This document shows, one piece after another, positions 25,104-34,147 of a stretch of 64,000 nucleotides of DNA (the first letter of the stretch is position 1; the number at the start of each line of letters is the position of its first letter). The position numbers were made by a program, and so were the translations under genes. Under the pieces are notes generated by a model. It ran no database searches. It saw only the letters and a program-made list of their open reading frames with translations, and was not told the origin of the DNA. Source of the DNA: a virus. The stretch lies in IMG/VR virus record IMGVR_UViG_3300025834_000005, one strand, 5' to 3'.

Positions 25104-25499
25104 ATGAGTGTAGATTTAAAATACCTTTTTATTTCATCTGAATTAACCACGAGGCTTATGGCAAAGGGCTTTAATGAATCTTGTGTTGCTACATGGTTTG
25201 CCGATGATACAAATGTTATTTATTATGGGCATCCTCATAATTTAAGGGATATTCCAGCACCTGTATATCAGCAGGTTGTTGATTGGTTTAGGATTAAACA
25301 TGGGTTAATTATCGCATATGATATGTGTGAAATGAAATGCACGTATAATCCAGCTGAGAAATACCATAAATTCAGCCTATTTAAAGTAATTAACTGTAAT
25401 AGCGTTAACGCTTTATCGTATAGTGCTGAGCATACATGCCATGATGAATATTATAAAGCATTTATATTTACAATTGAAGAAGCATTAAAACTTATTTAA
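25104..25499 (+). CDS. paralog family A member
   Basis: promoter motif 25060..25089; LFISSELTTRLMAKGF, YQQVVDWFRIKHGLII, ...IEEALKLI. Confidence 0.65.
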   Translation: MSVDLKYLFISSELTTRLMAKGFNESCVATWFADDTNVIYYGHPHNLRDIPAPVYQQVVDWFRIKHGLIIAYDMCEMKCTYNPAEKYHKFSLFKVINCNSVNALSYSAEHTCHDEYYKAFIFTIEEALKLI

Positions 25500-25500
25500 T

Positions 25501-26001
25501 ATGACAGCAAAAGAAGAAAAGACACTTGAAACAATGATGAAAATTGTTCAGGATTTAAGGACTGAAAATACTTTATTCCGTCAGGATATTAAGACTCAGG
25601 TTGAGGCTATTAAGGCTAAAACAGATAGAACATTTCTACCAGTTTCCTTGGAACAGGATATTTTAAAAACTGCTCAACGAGCTATTGGCGAAAGTATTTC
25701 GAAGGTAATGACAGGCTATGACAGTCCATTGGTTAAGTTGGTTAAGTCCGTAGTTGATGAAAATTCAAGTACATTAAGGGTAATCATATCTGATAGCTTC
25801 AAGCAAGTAATATCAACTGACGAGTTTAAGCAATCCATTGTGTCAGCATTTTCTCATAAGGTAGCCAGAACGATCATATCCAACAATGATGGATTATTCG
25901 ACAAGGTTAGCAATGAGTTGAAACAAGATTCTGTATTCAAAGCAAGAATGGCGATGGCTGTTTCAAATGTTGTTGAGGAATGTCTAAGAGATAGAGAGTA
26001 A
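25501..26001 (+). CDS. hypothetical protein, 166 aa
   Basis: track ORF, start 2 nt after the previous stop. Confidence 0.6.
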   Translation: MTAKEEKTLETMMKIVQDLRTENTLFRQDIKTQVEAIKAKTDRTFLPVSLEQDILKTAQRAIGESISKVMTGYDSPLVKLVKSVVDENSSTLRVIISDSFKQVISTDEFKQSIVSAFSHKVARTIISNNDGLFDKVSNELKQDSVFKARMAMAVSNVVEECLRDRE

Positions 26002-26014
26002 AAATATTCTTCTG

Positions 26015-26194
26015 CTGATAATAAACAATAGTGTAATCGGTGAGTTAACACCCACAAGGAATGGCGTACTATCCTAAGCTATAGTCCACTAAGGGACGCT
26101 GTTTGTTATCAGGTTTTAATTGAAATGACTTAAGTTTACACATCGTTGAGAAATCGGCGTATCTGGTGACGATTCCAGAGTTCTCATTTCAATT
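26015..26194 (+). ncRNA. two adjacent stem-closed noncoding domains
   Basis: CTGATAATAAACA (26015-26027) pairs with TGTTTGTTATCAG (26100-26112); AATTGAAATGA (26118-26128) pairs with TCATTTCAATT (26184-26194); no ORF. Confidence 0.25.
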
Positions 26195-26260
26195 CATATT
26201 ACACTTACTTAGAGGTGTTGAGAAGAACTGTTAAGGTTATGGAAGATACTTGTTATTTTC

Positions 26261-26290
26261 TGTAACCTTTTTCATTCATATACGTATAAC
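26261..26290 (+). promoter_or_regulatory. phage-type promoter motif
   Basis: copy 33; upstream of 26305..26487. Confidence 0.6.
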
Positions 26291-26304
26291 ATAGAAAATA
26301 TATC

Positions 26305-26487
26305 ATGACAATTGCTGAAATAATTATCGAACGCAGGTTAAAAGCTGGTATGACCCAAAAGGAATTAGCAAAAAAAATGGCAATTCCTAAATATAGACTT
26401 GTTGAGTATGAGAATGGCAAGCATGAGCCGAGCTTTTTAACGTATAAGAATTTAGTGAGAATCTGTAACAACATCTATAAAATATAA
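26305..26487 (+). CDS. XRE/Cro-type helix-turn-helix transcriptional regulator, 60 aa
   Basis: RRLKAGMTQKELAKKMAIPKYRLVEYENGKHEPS matches the XRE HTH pattern; promoter motif 26261..26290. Confidence 0.7.
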   Translation: MTIAEIIIERRLKAGMTQKELAKKMAIPKYRLVEYENGKHEPSFLTYKNLVRICNNIYKI

Positions 26488-26490
26488 ACC

Positions 26491-26688
26491 ATGAGCAACG
26501 AAATTAAAGCTAAGGATAAGGTGGTAGTCTTCATCATGGGCGATACGCATACTGTTGAGGTTTTCTCAACTGATTCAAAATACATTTACTTTACTGACCC
26601 ATCATATAAAGGCATTAAAGGTCTTGAACACAATCTATTCAGTAGATCGAAAACTACCGATCATATACTTCAAGTAAAAAAACTTTAA
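26491..26688 (+). CDS. hypothetical protein, 65 aa
   Basis: track ORF immediately after the HTH gene. Confidence 0.55.
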   Translation: MSNEIKAKDKVVVFIMGDTHTVEVFSTDSKYIYFTDPSYKGIKGLEHNLFSRSKTTDHILQVKKL

Positions 26689-26692
26689 CATA

Positions 26693-27274
26693 ATGAAAAA
26701 TATAATTATTATTTTACTCTCAATCTTATTTGTATCATGTTATGTAAAAAACGATGAACGTAGGATTAGCGAATATCTCGATGCAACCGAGTACGAGTGT
26801 GATATTGTGTATATTCGTCCAGACAGTGCATATGTTTTAAATGCGTTAGATGATTTTAATATGTTAAAGAATAAAACTGATCGATCATTAGATTCAATCG
26901 ATGCTTTGGAATTTCGTTTCTTTAAGACCGATGCATCTGTTCAGAGCTTAAGAGAATATGTCGATAAGGCAATGACCATTGCAAGGAACAACAATGCTTT
27001 ATATAGTGACTATGTGAAGCGGTTAAACTCTAAGCCAGAGGCTTGTTACAGAGTAAAGTATAGCGTAAAAATGGGAGCATCCAGAGAATATAAGGAAATG
27101 TTTTATGTCGTTAAACATATGTCAGATGGAAGCTTTTCAATGTGTTTCAGACCTGTTAATTCAGATTATTTCCTGATAGGCACTGACTACGTTTTTGATA
27201 GCTCCAAATGTTATATAGCTATTGGAGATTTTATAGATCGTAATTGGCTATATTCAGTATTTATATTAAATTGA
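26693..27274 (+). CDS. putative lipoprotein, 193 aa
   Basis: MKNIIIILLSILFVSC: signal peptide with a lipobox-like cysteine. Confidence 0.6.
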   Translation: MKNIIIILLSILFVSCYVKNDERRISEYLDATEYECDIVYIRPDSAYVLNALDDFNMLKNKTDRSLDSIDALEFRFFKTDASVQSLREYVDKAMTIARNNNALYSDYVKRLNSKPEACYRVKYSVKMGASREYKEMFYVVKHMSDGSFSMCFRPVNSDYFLIGTDYVFDSSKCYIAIGDFIDRNWLYSVFILN

Positions 27275-27278
27275 TTAC

Positions 27279-28172
27279 ATGGACATAATTAAAATCATTA
27301 ACGAGGAAATTGACGGACTATCCAAAGGATATATTTATCATGGAACTACAAAGGGTGCAGCTGTAAACATTCAGCGTACTGGTTACATGAAAATATATGA
27401 CACAGGCGATAAGTATTCTTCAATATCTTTCACTGGCAAAATAGATTATGCCAGATATTATGCCAAAGTCAAAGGTGGTCAGCGTGGACAAATCATCTTG
27501 CGTACTCCATTAACATCTGACTTTACTTTATCCGATAAGATCGCACGTAACTCAGGCTATGAGTATGTGACGTTTAAGGAAATTCCTATTGACAGGTTAG
27601 AGGTGTTAGTAAATGAAAAAGAGTGGAAACCTTTAAGTAGTTGGGATGTTATCTTCAATGAGCCAAAGGCTATGAATGAGAGTGTTGAGCGCAGAGACAT
27701 GACAATATCCTCAATGGGTTTGTTTGATCTGGAAGATACAATATTAAATAAGATTCCTAATGGCTGTCTATATCATGGAGCTAAAGATATCTCATGGCTT
27801 CATAACGTTTCAGATATCGACACAGTTAGCCATACGGTTAATGCGGAATCCAAATATTTCTTTCTCGCAGTTAAGAAAGACACTGCTTTTAATTACAGCA
27901 CATCACCAGACCCTAAAAATACCTTGCAGAAGATATTAACAAAGGATAGCGGAATCTCTGCTTTTAAATTAAAAGCAGGTTCTAAATTTAAAAAGCTTGG
28001 TTCTTCTGACTATGGAGCAGCTAAGGATTATAAGGAAATGGAGTCTGTTTTAGACGATTATAGAAACAAAGGGTACGATTATGTGATTAACACATGGGAT
28101 GCCAATAATCATGTTATACTGAACAACAGCATACTATCACTAAAGGGAGTTTATTTCAATACGCCTGTATAA
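27279..28172 (+). CDS. hypothetical protein with two YHG[TA] segments (possible ADP-ribosyltransferase/Tpt1-like fold)
   Basis: IYHGTTKGAAVNIQRTGY...SISFT...YEYVTFKE, and a second LYHGAKDISWLHNV; resemblance to the ART H-Y-E pattern judged by eye only. Confidence 0.5.
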   Translation: MDIIKIINEEIDGLSKGYIYHGTTKGAAVNIQRTGYMKIYDTGDKYSSISFTGKIDYARYYAKVKGGQRGQIILRTPLTSDFTLSDKIARNSGYEYVTFKEIPIDRLEVLVNEKEWKPLSSWDVIFNEPKAMNESVERRDMTISSMGLFDLEDTILNKIPNGCLYHGAKDISWLHNVSDIDTVSHTVNAESKYFFLAVKKDTAFNYSTSPDPKNTLQKILTKDSGISAFKLKAGSKFKKLGSSDYGAAKDYKEMESVLDDYRNKGYDYVINTWDANNHVILNNSILSLKGVYFNTPV

Positions 28173-28190
28173 GATATTCGTTTTTAATTA

Positions 28191-28233
28191 AAAAGGTTAC
28201 AAGAAAGATTTATGGTCTTTCTTGTAACCTTTT
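28191..28233 (+). terminator. 18-bp hairpin sharing its 3' arm with promoter motif 28223..28252
   Basis: AAAAGGTTACAAGAAAGA / TCTTTCTTGTAACCTTTT, perfect. Confidence 0.65.
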
Positions 28234-28252
28234 TGTTTTACATACGTATAAC
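28223..28252 (+). promoter_or_regulatory. phage-type promoter motif
   Basis: copy 34; upstream of 28270..28524. Confidence 0.6.
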
Positions 28253-28269
28253 AGAGAAAATAAAATTAT

Positions 28270-28524
28270 ATGAAAAATTCAGAGGTTGTCATTAAATTTA
28301 GTCCAGAATTTATTATCAGGGAAATTAACGGCGAAAAAACATGTACCGTTGATATTACGTTCGATGTAAGTCGCTGTGCAGCAGACAAGATTAAAGATTT
28401 TTGTGAAGTACTTGGAATGAACAGTATGTTCTATAATCTGAAACTTAATGGTAATGATGTGACAACATTTGTAACATCTTTTGATTTTATTAACTCACTA
28501 TTACGTGGACAGATTAGCTTATGA
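28270..28524 (+). CDS. hypothetical protein, 84 aa
   Basis: promoter motif 28223..28252 upstream. Confidence 0.6.
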   Translation: MKNSEVVIKFSPEFIIREINGEKTCTVDITFDVSRCAADKIKDFCEVLGMNSMFYNLKLNGNDVTTFVTSFDFINSLLRGQISL

Positions 28525-29135
28525 TTATAATAGACTCAAAAATATATAAAGGCAAAAAGTATTCCATTATCATTGATAAGGAAGATTATGAACGTGTCAT
28601 GGCTTTCGCTCCAAATGGGTGGGAAATCAAATACACTAAAGGTTCTAATAATCCTTATGTGATAACCAGAAAGACTGTTGTTATTGATGGTGTAAAGGTT
28701 CGTAAAAATTACTATTTACATAGATTCGTTATGAATGTATTACATGATTCGAGCATTCATATTGATCACATTCACACCCAAACATTGGATAATCGTAAGT
28801 CTGAATTAAGAGCAGCTACGAGGTCGCAGAACATGAGTAATCGCACATCAAAGAAAACAAGTGCGTGTAAATTTTTAGGCGTTTCTTATTGCACCAGTGT
28901 AAAAGGTTTGAAGAAATATCGTGCAAACATAAAAGCAGAGCATGTAAAGAGTAACATTCATCTTGGTTATTATGCCGATGAAGATAGTGCTGGACTTGCT
29001 TACAATCTGGCAGCGAGAGTTATACATGAAACATTTGCCAACTTAAACGATATTGATTACTCAAAGATCGTTGACAGAGTAAGCGTATCAAATTACATTA
29101 AAGGTGTGCTACAAAAATATCAATTCATAAATTAA
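28521..29135 (+). CDS. HNH homing endonuclease with AP2-like DNA-binding domain
   Basis: HIDHIHTQTLDNRKSELRAATRSQNMSN (HNH); FLGVSY..KYRANI..HLGYYADEDSAGLAYNLAA (AP2-like). Confidence 0.7.
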   Translation: MIIIDSKIYKGKKYSIIIDKEDYERVMAFAPNGWEIKYTKGSNNPYVITRKTVVIDGVKVRKNYYLHRFVMNVLHDSSIHIDHIHTQTLDNRKSELRAATRSQNMSNRTSKKTSACKFLGVSYCTSVKGLKKYRANIKAEHVKSNIHLGYYADEDSAGLAYNLAARVIHETFANLNDIDYSKIVDRVSVSNYIKGVLQKYQFIN

Positions 29136-29140
29136 ACATC

Positions 29141-29539
29141 ATGAAAGAAGTCTTAATTAATTTTGAAACAGCTAATTTAGCCAAAGAAAAAGGATTCACA
29201 TTAGATCGTTATATAGACTCTGCATGTTATTTGCTGAATAAAGAATTATTCCCTTCGGTCTTTAGCCTTCAAAATTATGATTGCGGTGTAGGGAGAGAAC
29301 TTACCAAATTTATCTATGCTCCAACTCAATCATTACTCCAAAAATGGCTTAGAGAGAAGTACGACACGCATGTTCAAATTGTGCTAACAGAGATTCAGGG
29401 TGAAGATATATATCCATACTATTTTTATTTAATGGGTATCACCAATAAAATACTTATCAGCAATCTTTCTAAGCAATTTCAAACATATGAAGAAGCTTTA
29501 GAGGCTGGCTTACAGGAAGCATTAAAACTTATACCATGA
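29141..29539 (+). CDS. paralog family A member
   Basis: MKEVLINFETANLAKEKGF, TQSLLQKWLREKYDTHVQI, YEEALEAGLQEALKLI. Confidence 0.65.
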   Translation: MKEVLINFETANLAKEKGFTLDRYIDSACYLLNKELFPSVFSLQNYDCGVGRELTKFIYAPTQSLLQKWLREKYDTHVQIVLTEIQGEDIYPYYFYLMGITNKILISNLSKQFQTYEEALEAGLQEALKLIP

Positions 29540-29913
29540 AAGACGTTTACATCAGCTTTGAAACAGCTAAATTAGCCAAAGAAAAAGGATTTACAGAAGT
29601 TAGTCAATACCCTTTATGGTTTCATGAAAATGGTAAAGAAGCAGGTATGTTTGAAGATTTGTGGAATATAAAAAAATCTGAATATCTTGAACATGAATGT
29701 ATAATAAGATCAACTCAATCATTACTCCAAAAATGGCTTAGAGAAATCAAAGACATTGATGTGTTTGCATACTCTGTTAGGTTCACAGGCTATCTCGAAA
29801 TAGGATATTACACATATTCGATCAGAGGTGAAAGCCCTGTAAAGAACTATAGATTCGATACTTATGAAGAGGCGTTAGAGTTTGGCTTGAAAGAAGCGTT
29901 AAAACTTATTTAA
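29536..29913 (+). CDS. paralog family A member
   Basis: MKDVYISFETAKLAKEKGF, TQSLLQKWLREIKDIDV, YEEALEFGLKEALKLI; 4-nt overlap with the previous gene. Confidence 0.65.
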   Translation: MKDVYISFETAKLAKEKGFTEVSQYPLWFHENGKEAGMFEDLWNIKKSEYLEHECIIRSTQSLLQKWLREIKDIDVFAYSVRFTGYLEIGYYTYSIRGESPVKNYRFDTYEEALEFGLKEALKLI

Positions 29914-29916
29914 AAC

Positions 29917-29946
29917 TGTAACCTTTTCATTCGATTTACGTATAAC
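29917..29946 (+). promoter_or_regulatory. phage-type promoter motif
   Basis: copy 35; upstream of 29961..30359. Confidence 0.6.
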
Positions 29947-29960
29947 GTAGAAAATAAGTC

Positions 29961-30359
29961 ATGAAGAAACATATTCCAACATCCGAAGAGATCGTCGCAA
30001 ATAATAAAATATTTGCCTTGTTTATGGGTATGATACCTGTAAAGACATGGACTGCATACTGCGAAAGATTCCATTTGGAATGCGAAGTTGTAAAATATTC
30101 GAATGGCTTATCCACTGATGATTTGGAATACCATAAGTCGTGGGATTGGTTAATGACGGTGTATGAAGCTATTAATCATAGAGCAAATGAAACATGGCGA
30201 TGTATGACTATTGGTCATGGTTGTTCGTTTGTTGACAATACCAAATTTAAAATGGATGAACAGTTTTATCATTGCACAGGCGATCTAAAACAAGACGTAT
30301 ATGACTCTTGTTTAGAGGCTGTTGATTACCTTAACAATCCCGATAATTACAAGTTTTAA
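29961..30359 (+). CDS. paralog family B member
   Basis: promoter motif 29917..29946; NNKIFALFMG and SWDWLMTVYEAI shared with 30369..30797. Confidence 0.6.
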   Translation: MKKHIPTSEEIVANNKIFALFMGMIPVKTWTAYCERFHLECEVVKYSNGLSTDDLEYHKSWDWLMTVYEAINHRANETWRCMTIGHGCSFVDNTKFKMDEQFYHCTGDLKQDVYDSCLEAVDYLNNPDNYKF

Positions 30360-30368
30360 TTAAAAGCT

Positions 30369-30797
30369 ATGACACATTTTTATGAGGATAAGATAATTGA
30401 GAATAATAAACTGATTGCCACCTTCGTGGGATTAATACTTACATGGGTTAGTACCAACAGTTATTTCGAACCAAATGATTGTGATTTAGATATTGTGTGC
30501 CCTGATGGGTTTGATCATGATACACAATTAATGTATTTGTATGATGAAGAACAGCCAGATCATTGCTATAAATTTAACACTGAATGGAATTGGCTAATGG
30601 TTGCCGTTGATAAGATTGAATCATTAGGCTATACATTCGATATATCCACAACAGGAGCAACATTTTTTGATAAGAAAGATATAGGCTCATGTAATGGATA
30701 TTTCAGCAAGGGCGATGGTACAAAAATAAATGCTGCTTATAGTGCAGTTGTTGCTTTCATTAAATGGTATAATAAGAAGTTTTCATTACCTAAGTAA
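30369..30797 (+). CDS. paralog family B member
   Basis: NNKLIATFVG and EWNWLMVAVDKI shared with 29961..30359. Confidence 0.6.
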   Translation: MTHFYEDKIIENNKLIATFVGLILTWVSTNSYFEPNDCDLDIVCPDGFDHDTQLMYLYDEEQPDHCYKFNTEWNWLMVAVDKIESLGYTFDISTTGATFFDKKDIGSCNGYFSKGDGTKINAAYSAVVAFIKWYNKKFSLPK

Positions 30798-30968
30798 ACG
30801 GATATTCTTGGAGATACCAATGGTGTCGTTGTCGTAAAACCCATCGATGATTGAGTTATTAATATCGTCTTTCAACGAAAATGTGTCGTGATAGACGAAT
30901 GGCTTTTGCTTATTAACAACGCAACTATTCATTGTAATTAAAAACATTAATACGATTAAAATTCTCAT
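30786..30968 (-). CDS. small lipoprotein, 60 aa
   Basis: MRILIVLMFLITMNSC signal/lipobox; start moved to the internal ATG of track ORF 30786..31013. Confidence 0.45.
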   Translation of the reverse strand: MRILIVLMFLITMNSCVVNKQKPFVYHDTFSLKDDINNSIIDGFYDNDTIGISKNIRLLR

Positions 30969-31058
30969 AATTCTTTTAATATAAATATTCGATAAAGAAT
31001 TAAAAGTCAGCAAATTATATTACAATTCAGTTAATAAAATATTACAAAAATATTACAC

Positions 31059-31238
31059 ATGATTAAGAAAACATCCTCAGAGTGGATTAAGGAAACCACT
31101 ATTATTGTATATGACCCTGATGGTTGGGACAGAGAGAATTACCAATTCTCATGGTTTGAGGAACTGATTACAAAAGAAGAGTTTGATAAACGTTTAATGG
31201 GTTCAACTGTCTTAAGCGGATTTAAAAAGAATTTGTAA
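31059..31238 (+). CDS. hypothetical protein, 59 aa (below ORF-track cutoff)
   Basis: hand-translated MIKKTSSEWIKETTIIVYDPDGWDRENYQFSWFEE...; stop in promoter motif 31234..31263. Confidence 0.45.
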   Translation: MIKKTSSEWIKETTIIVYDPDGWDRENYQFSWFEELITKEEFDKRLMGSTVLSGFKKNL

Positions 31239-31263
31239 CCTTTTCATTTTATTTACGTATAAC
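31234..31263 (+). promoter_or_regulatory. phage-type promoter motif
   Basis: copy 36; upstream of 31280..31519. Confidence 0.6.
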
Positions 31264-31279
31264 ATAGAAAATATAAAAC

Positions 31280-31519
31280 ATGATACAGTTAAAGATTAGT
31301 GACAAAAATTGGGTAAGTATTAAAGACGTTGAGTTCGAAATGTGTATTCCTTATTGGTGCAAAACCGAAAAGGGTGATATCGTTATGGCTGCTTTTTATT
31401 CAAACGATAGTTCTACAGGCATGGCTGAATGCTTTGTTGATGATGGTGGCTTGAAGATCAATGGAAATTCATTTTACATCCTGAAAAACGCTATGGTTCA
31501 ACCTGTTATATTCAAATAA
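31280..31519 (+). CDS. hypothetical protein, 79 aa
   Basis: promoter motif 31234..31263 upstream. Confidence 0.6.
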   Translation: MIQLKISDKNWVSIKDVEFEMCIPYWCKTEKGDIVMAAFYSNDSSTGMAECFVDDGGLKINGNSFYILKNAMVQPVIFK

Positions 31520-31521
31520 TT

Positions 31522-31707
31522 ATGATAGTAAGAGCAAATGCCTCAAAAGATACTCTCAGAAGTGAAGTTCGTCAGTTAAAACAACACGCACATTGGCTTT
31601 ATTTTGAGACTCGTAAGCACGAAAAGGAAATCGCAAAGCTAAATACAGAAGGCGTAAAAAATGCTAAAAGACTTGTGGAAATGGAAACACGTTTAAAACA
31701 AAAATAG
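31522..31707 (+). CDS. hypothetical coiled-coil-like basic protein, 61 aa
   Basis: track ORF. Confidence 0.5.
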   Translation: MIVRANASKDTLRSEVRQLKQHAHWLYFETRKHEKEIAKLNTEGVKNAKRLVEMETRLKQK

Positions 31708-31709
31708 TT

Positions 31710-31982
31710 ATGAATACAGATTCAAAATATTCAAACGACTACTATGATCACGTGATGGGTATAAAACCATCAACAGGCAATCTTGCGATTGTTTTTGATA
31801 TTATCAATGATATATCGAATAGACGTGGAATCGGCAATGAGTTCGATGAAATAGATGCCGATATTCAGGATGAAATTGTTGAAAAATGGTTAAAACTTAT
31901 TGAAAATCATGTGGGGAAACATTTAAACAAAGTAAGTGGTGGTTTTATATACCCATCATTTCTATCATATTTCTGCCTATAA
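31710..31982 (+). CDS. hypothetical protein, 90 aa
   Basis: track ORF. Confidence 0.55.
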   Translation: MNTDSKYSNDYYDHVMGIKPSTGNLAIVFDIINDISNRRGIGNEFDEIDADIQDEIVEKWLKLIENHVGKHLNKVSGGFIYPSFLSYFCL

Positions 31983-32109
31983 TGAGCGCATGGTGCTTCA
32001 AAGGCGAAACGTCTGCAAACTGTCAATGGCGAATAATTCTTGTGTAATTCATTGTAATAGTGATACATACCTTATCTATAAGCATAATACTTGCTAAATA
32101 TTTACAACC

Positions 32110-32325
32110 ATGAGATATTATATAATCCCTTTGATGGTCTTTTTATGTGGTTGGTGGACTGTTAGCTCTATAAAAAATATTTGGAGAAGTAGAAAGAATT
32201 ATAGCATTAGACTAACATATTTCACATGTTTGTGGATTGCTTTAATGATTTCTATTACAGCGGAAGCCTTTATATTATGCATATCCTATCCTAAATTTTG
32301 GGAATTTATAGCACGACACTGGTAA
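32110..32325 (+). CDS. small membrane protein (2 TM), 71 aa
   Basis: hydrophobic segments IIPLMVFLCGWWTV and CLWIALMISITAEAFILCI. Confidence 0.5.
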   Translation: MRYYIIPLMVFLCGWWTVSSIKNIWRSRKNYSIRLTYFTCLWIALMISITAEAFILCISYPKFWEFIARHW

Positions 32326-32340
32326 TTTTAATTAAAAACT

Positions 32341-32568
32341 ATGGAAATAGAAATTTGTAACCGTTGCGACGGTAAAGGAACTGCGAAATCAATGGACGGT
32401 TTAGGCGATTATACTTATGACACCTGTAAAAAATGTAATGGCACTGGAAGATTATTTACACGAACATATAAATATCAGGTGGCAATGGACTACAACATCA
32501 GTAAGTTACACACAGCTGACGCTGAAATTTGTAACATAATCAGAGCAATGGAAAATAACACGTATTAA
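32341..32568 (+). CDS. DnaJ-type CxxCxGxG zinc-finger protein, 75 aa
   Basis: CNRCDGKGT and CKKCNGTGR repeats. Confidence 0.55.
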   Translation: MEIEICNRCDGKGTAKSMDGLGDYTYDTCKKCNGTGRLFTRTYKYQVAMDYNISKLHTADAEICNIIRAMENNTY

Positions 32569-32571
32569 GTT

Positions 32572-32877
32572 ATGGAAAATTTTACACATGGGGTTATAGT
32601 GATTAATCCCTTATTAGCTAACGAAGAAGGCGTTCCAATTCTACATTTTGTAGGGTATTATGATGAACCAGATTCAGCGGATATCGAAGACTTAAAATTG
32701 GAGTTAGGTACTGACGAATCATTTGGCTTAGTCGAAATGCAAAATGCTGGCTTGCTTGAATATTATCCAGCAACACCAGAAATTCTTGAATACTATATAG
32801 AAATTTCTCAAAACATTCCAGATGGCGTAAATGTTAGAGAAGTTAAACATGATATTACAGACCCAAGTAATAATTAA
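32572..32877 (+). CDS. hypothetical acidic protein, 101 aa
   Basis: track ORF. Confidence 0.55.
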   Translation: MENFTHGVIVINPLLANEEGVPILHFVGYYDEPDSADIEDLKLELGTDESFGLVEMQNAGLLEYYPATPEILEYYIEISQNIPDGVNVREVKHDITDPSNN

Positions 32878-32880
32878 GTT

Positions 32881-33027
32881 ATGATAGTAATTATACTACC
32901 CGAAGCCGAATATTTGGTATCACATTATAATACCAAACAGTGGGAACAATCAGTTAAGATCACTAATTGGGAACATGACTTTGAGAAAAAGCAGTATACT
33001 ATAAAATATACTGAGAAGGAATCGTAA
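32881..33027 (+). CDS. hypothetical protein, 48 aa (below ORF-track cutoff)
   Basis: hand-translated MIVIILPEAEYLVSHYNTKQWEQ...; stop in promoter motif 33023..33052. Confidence 0.4.
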   Translation: MIVIILPEAEYLVSHYNTKQWEQSVKITNWEHDFEKKQYTIKYTEKES

Positions 33028-33052
33028 CCTTTTCAACTACTTTACGTATAAT
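33023..33052 (+). promoter_or_regulatory. phage-type promoter motif
   Basis: copy 37 (CGTAACC, TATAAT); upstream of 33070..33297. Confidence 0.55.
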
Positions 33053-33069
33053 ATAGAAAATAAATAATT

Positions 33070-33297
33070 ATGCCAGAAGCAAAATTTGAAACAATTGTAG
33101 TGCATTCTCGTAGTAAAGAAGCTTGGAATATTATAAGCACGAGATTAGGCGCAAAATATAAGGTAGCTATCATTCCATATGTCGTAGGCGATGACACTAA
33201 TGTCAACACACGTAATAGATTGGAAGCACTCGGACACGCTGAGTTTATTAGCGAATGTCTGAATCATTACGAAGAAGTTATGAACAAATTTCAATAA
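33070..33297 (+). CDS. hypothetical protein, 75 aa
   Basis: promoter motif 33023..33052 upstream. Confidence 0.6.
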   Translation: MPEAKFETIVVHSRSKEAWNIISTRLGAKYKVAIIPYVVGDDTNVNTRNRLEALGHAEFISECLNHYEEVMNKFQ

Positions 33298-33301
33298 AAT
33301 T

Positions 33302-33988
33302 ATGAAAAAACCAACATTTGCATTAAACTTTAGGATATCTGTTGATAGTTCACAGAACCAACGATTCACAAAGGATGAAGTTATTACCGAGCTTCGAAAC
33401 AGTGGCGTTAATATCGAAAGAGGATTAATCATCCGTAAACGTGATGGTGATGTTATGGGCGAAGTCTTAGATACTCCGACACTATTTGATCAGGTTATTC
33501 ATGATATCAAAAGAGTTAATAAACTCGACACTAAATCAATACCAGAGAAAGTATTGAAGTTTAATGAAGAGTTTGGCGAGTTCAGTACAGAATTGATTAA
33601 GCTATTAGGCATTACCTATAAACCATACGATGAAGAGCATTTTATCGAAGAATCGGCAGATGCTTTACAAGTCCAGCTATCTATTCAATTGGCAGCATGT
33701 GAGTTGAAGGGTATTGATTTCAACAGAGTATTGGAAGCACTTTTAATTAAAAACAAGAAGTGGGAAGCCATGAGTCCGAAATATACAAGAAATGAAAAAC
33801 CCGATATATGCGTTGCGGTGATTGGTTTAACACACGGCGAGGCAAGGGCATTAGCATTAAAAAATGGTCACATCCTCCGTATAACTCGTTCAGATAAAAA
33901 TGATTACATAATCACTTGTGATTTTAGAACTGATCGTGTTAGCGTTGAAATGGATAACGGCGTAGTGACTAAGGCAATCATATCATAA
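33302..33988 (+). CDS. MazG-like nucleotide pyrophosphohydrolase-domain protein, 228 aa
   Basis: central LKFNEEFGEFSTELIK and EESADALQVQLSIQLA resemble MazG EExxE/ExxD helices. Confidence 0.5.
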   Translation: MKKPTFALNFRISVDSSQNQRFTKDEVITELRNSGVNIERGLIIRKRDGDVMGEVLDTPTLFDQVIHDIKRVNKLDTKSIPEKVLKFNEEFGEFSTELIKLLGITYKPYDEEHFIEESADALQVQLSIQLAACELKGIDFNRVLEALLIKNKKWEAMSPKYTRNEKPDICVAVIGLTHGEARALALKNGHILRITRSDKNDYIITCDFRTDRVSVEMDNGVVTKAIIS

Positions 33989-34147
33989 ATGACTAAGAAA
34001 TCAAATGCCGCAAGACGGCGTCGAAATAACCGTGATAAAAGCGACAAGAAGGATTCAGAAGAAAGACGGAATTTCTGTGGAAAGTGCGGAACTGTCTGGT
34101 TTGGTGACGGTGCATGTCCTAACTGCTATATGCATAAGTGGAAATGA
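33989..34147 (+). CDS. basic zinc-ribbon mini-protein, 52 aa
   Basis: hand-translated MTKKSNAARRRRNNRDK...CGKCG...CPNC; hidden under antisense track ORF 34055..34330. Confidence 0.45.
   Translation: MTKKSNAARRRRNNRDKSDKKDSEERRNFCGKCGTVWFGDGACPNCYMHKWK

Noticed and set aside
27279-27320. A shared peptide IINEEID(G/K)L at the N-terminus of 27279..28172 and the C-terminus of the HAD protein (14210..14779), as a possible sign of recombination.
   Set aside because: The similarity exists only at the amino-acid level over about 9 residues. The DNA sequences differ, so it is likely coincidence.
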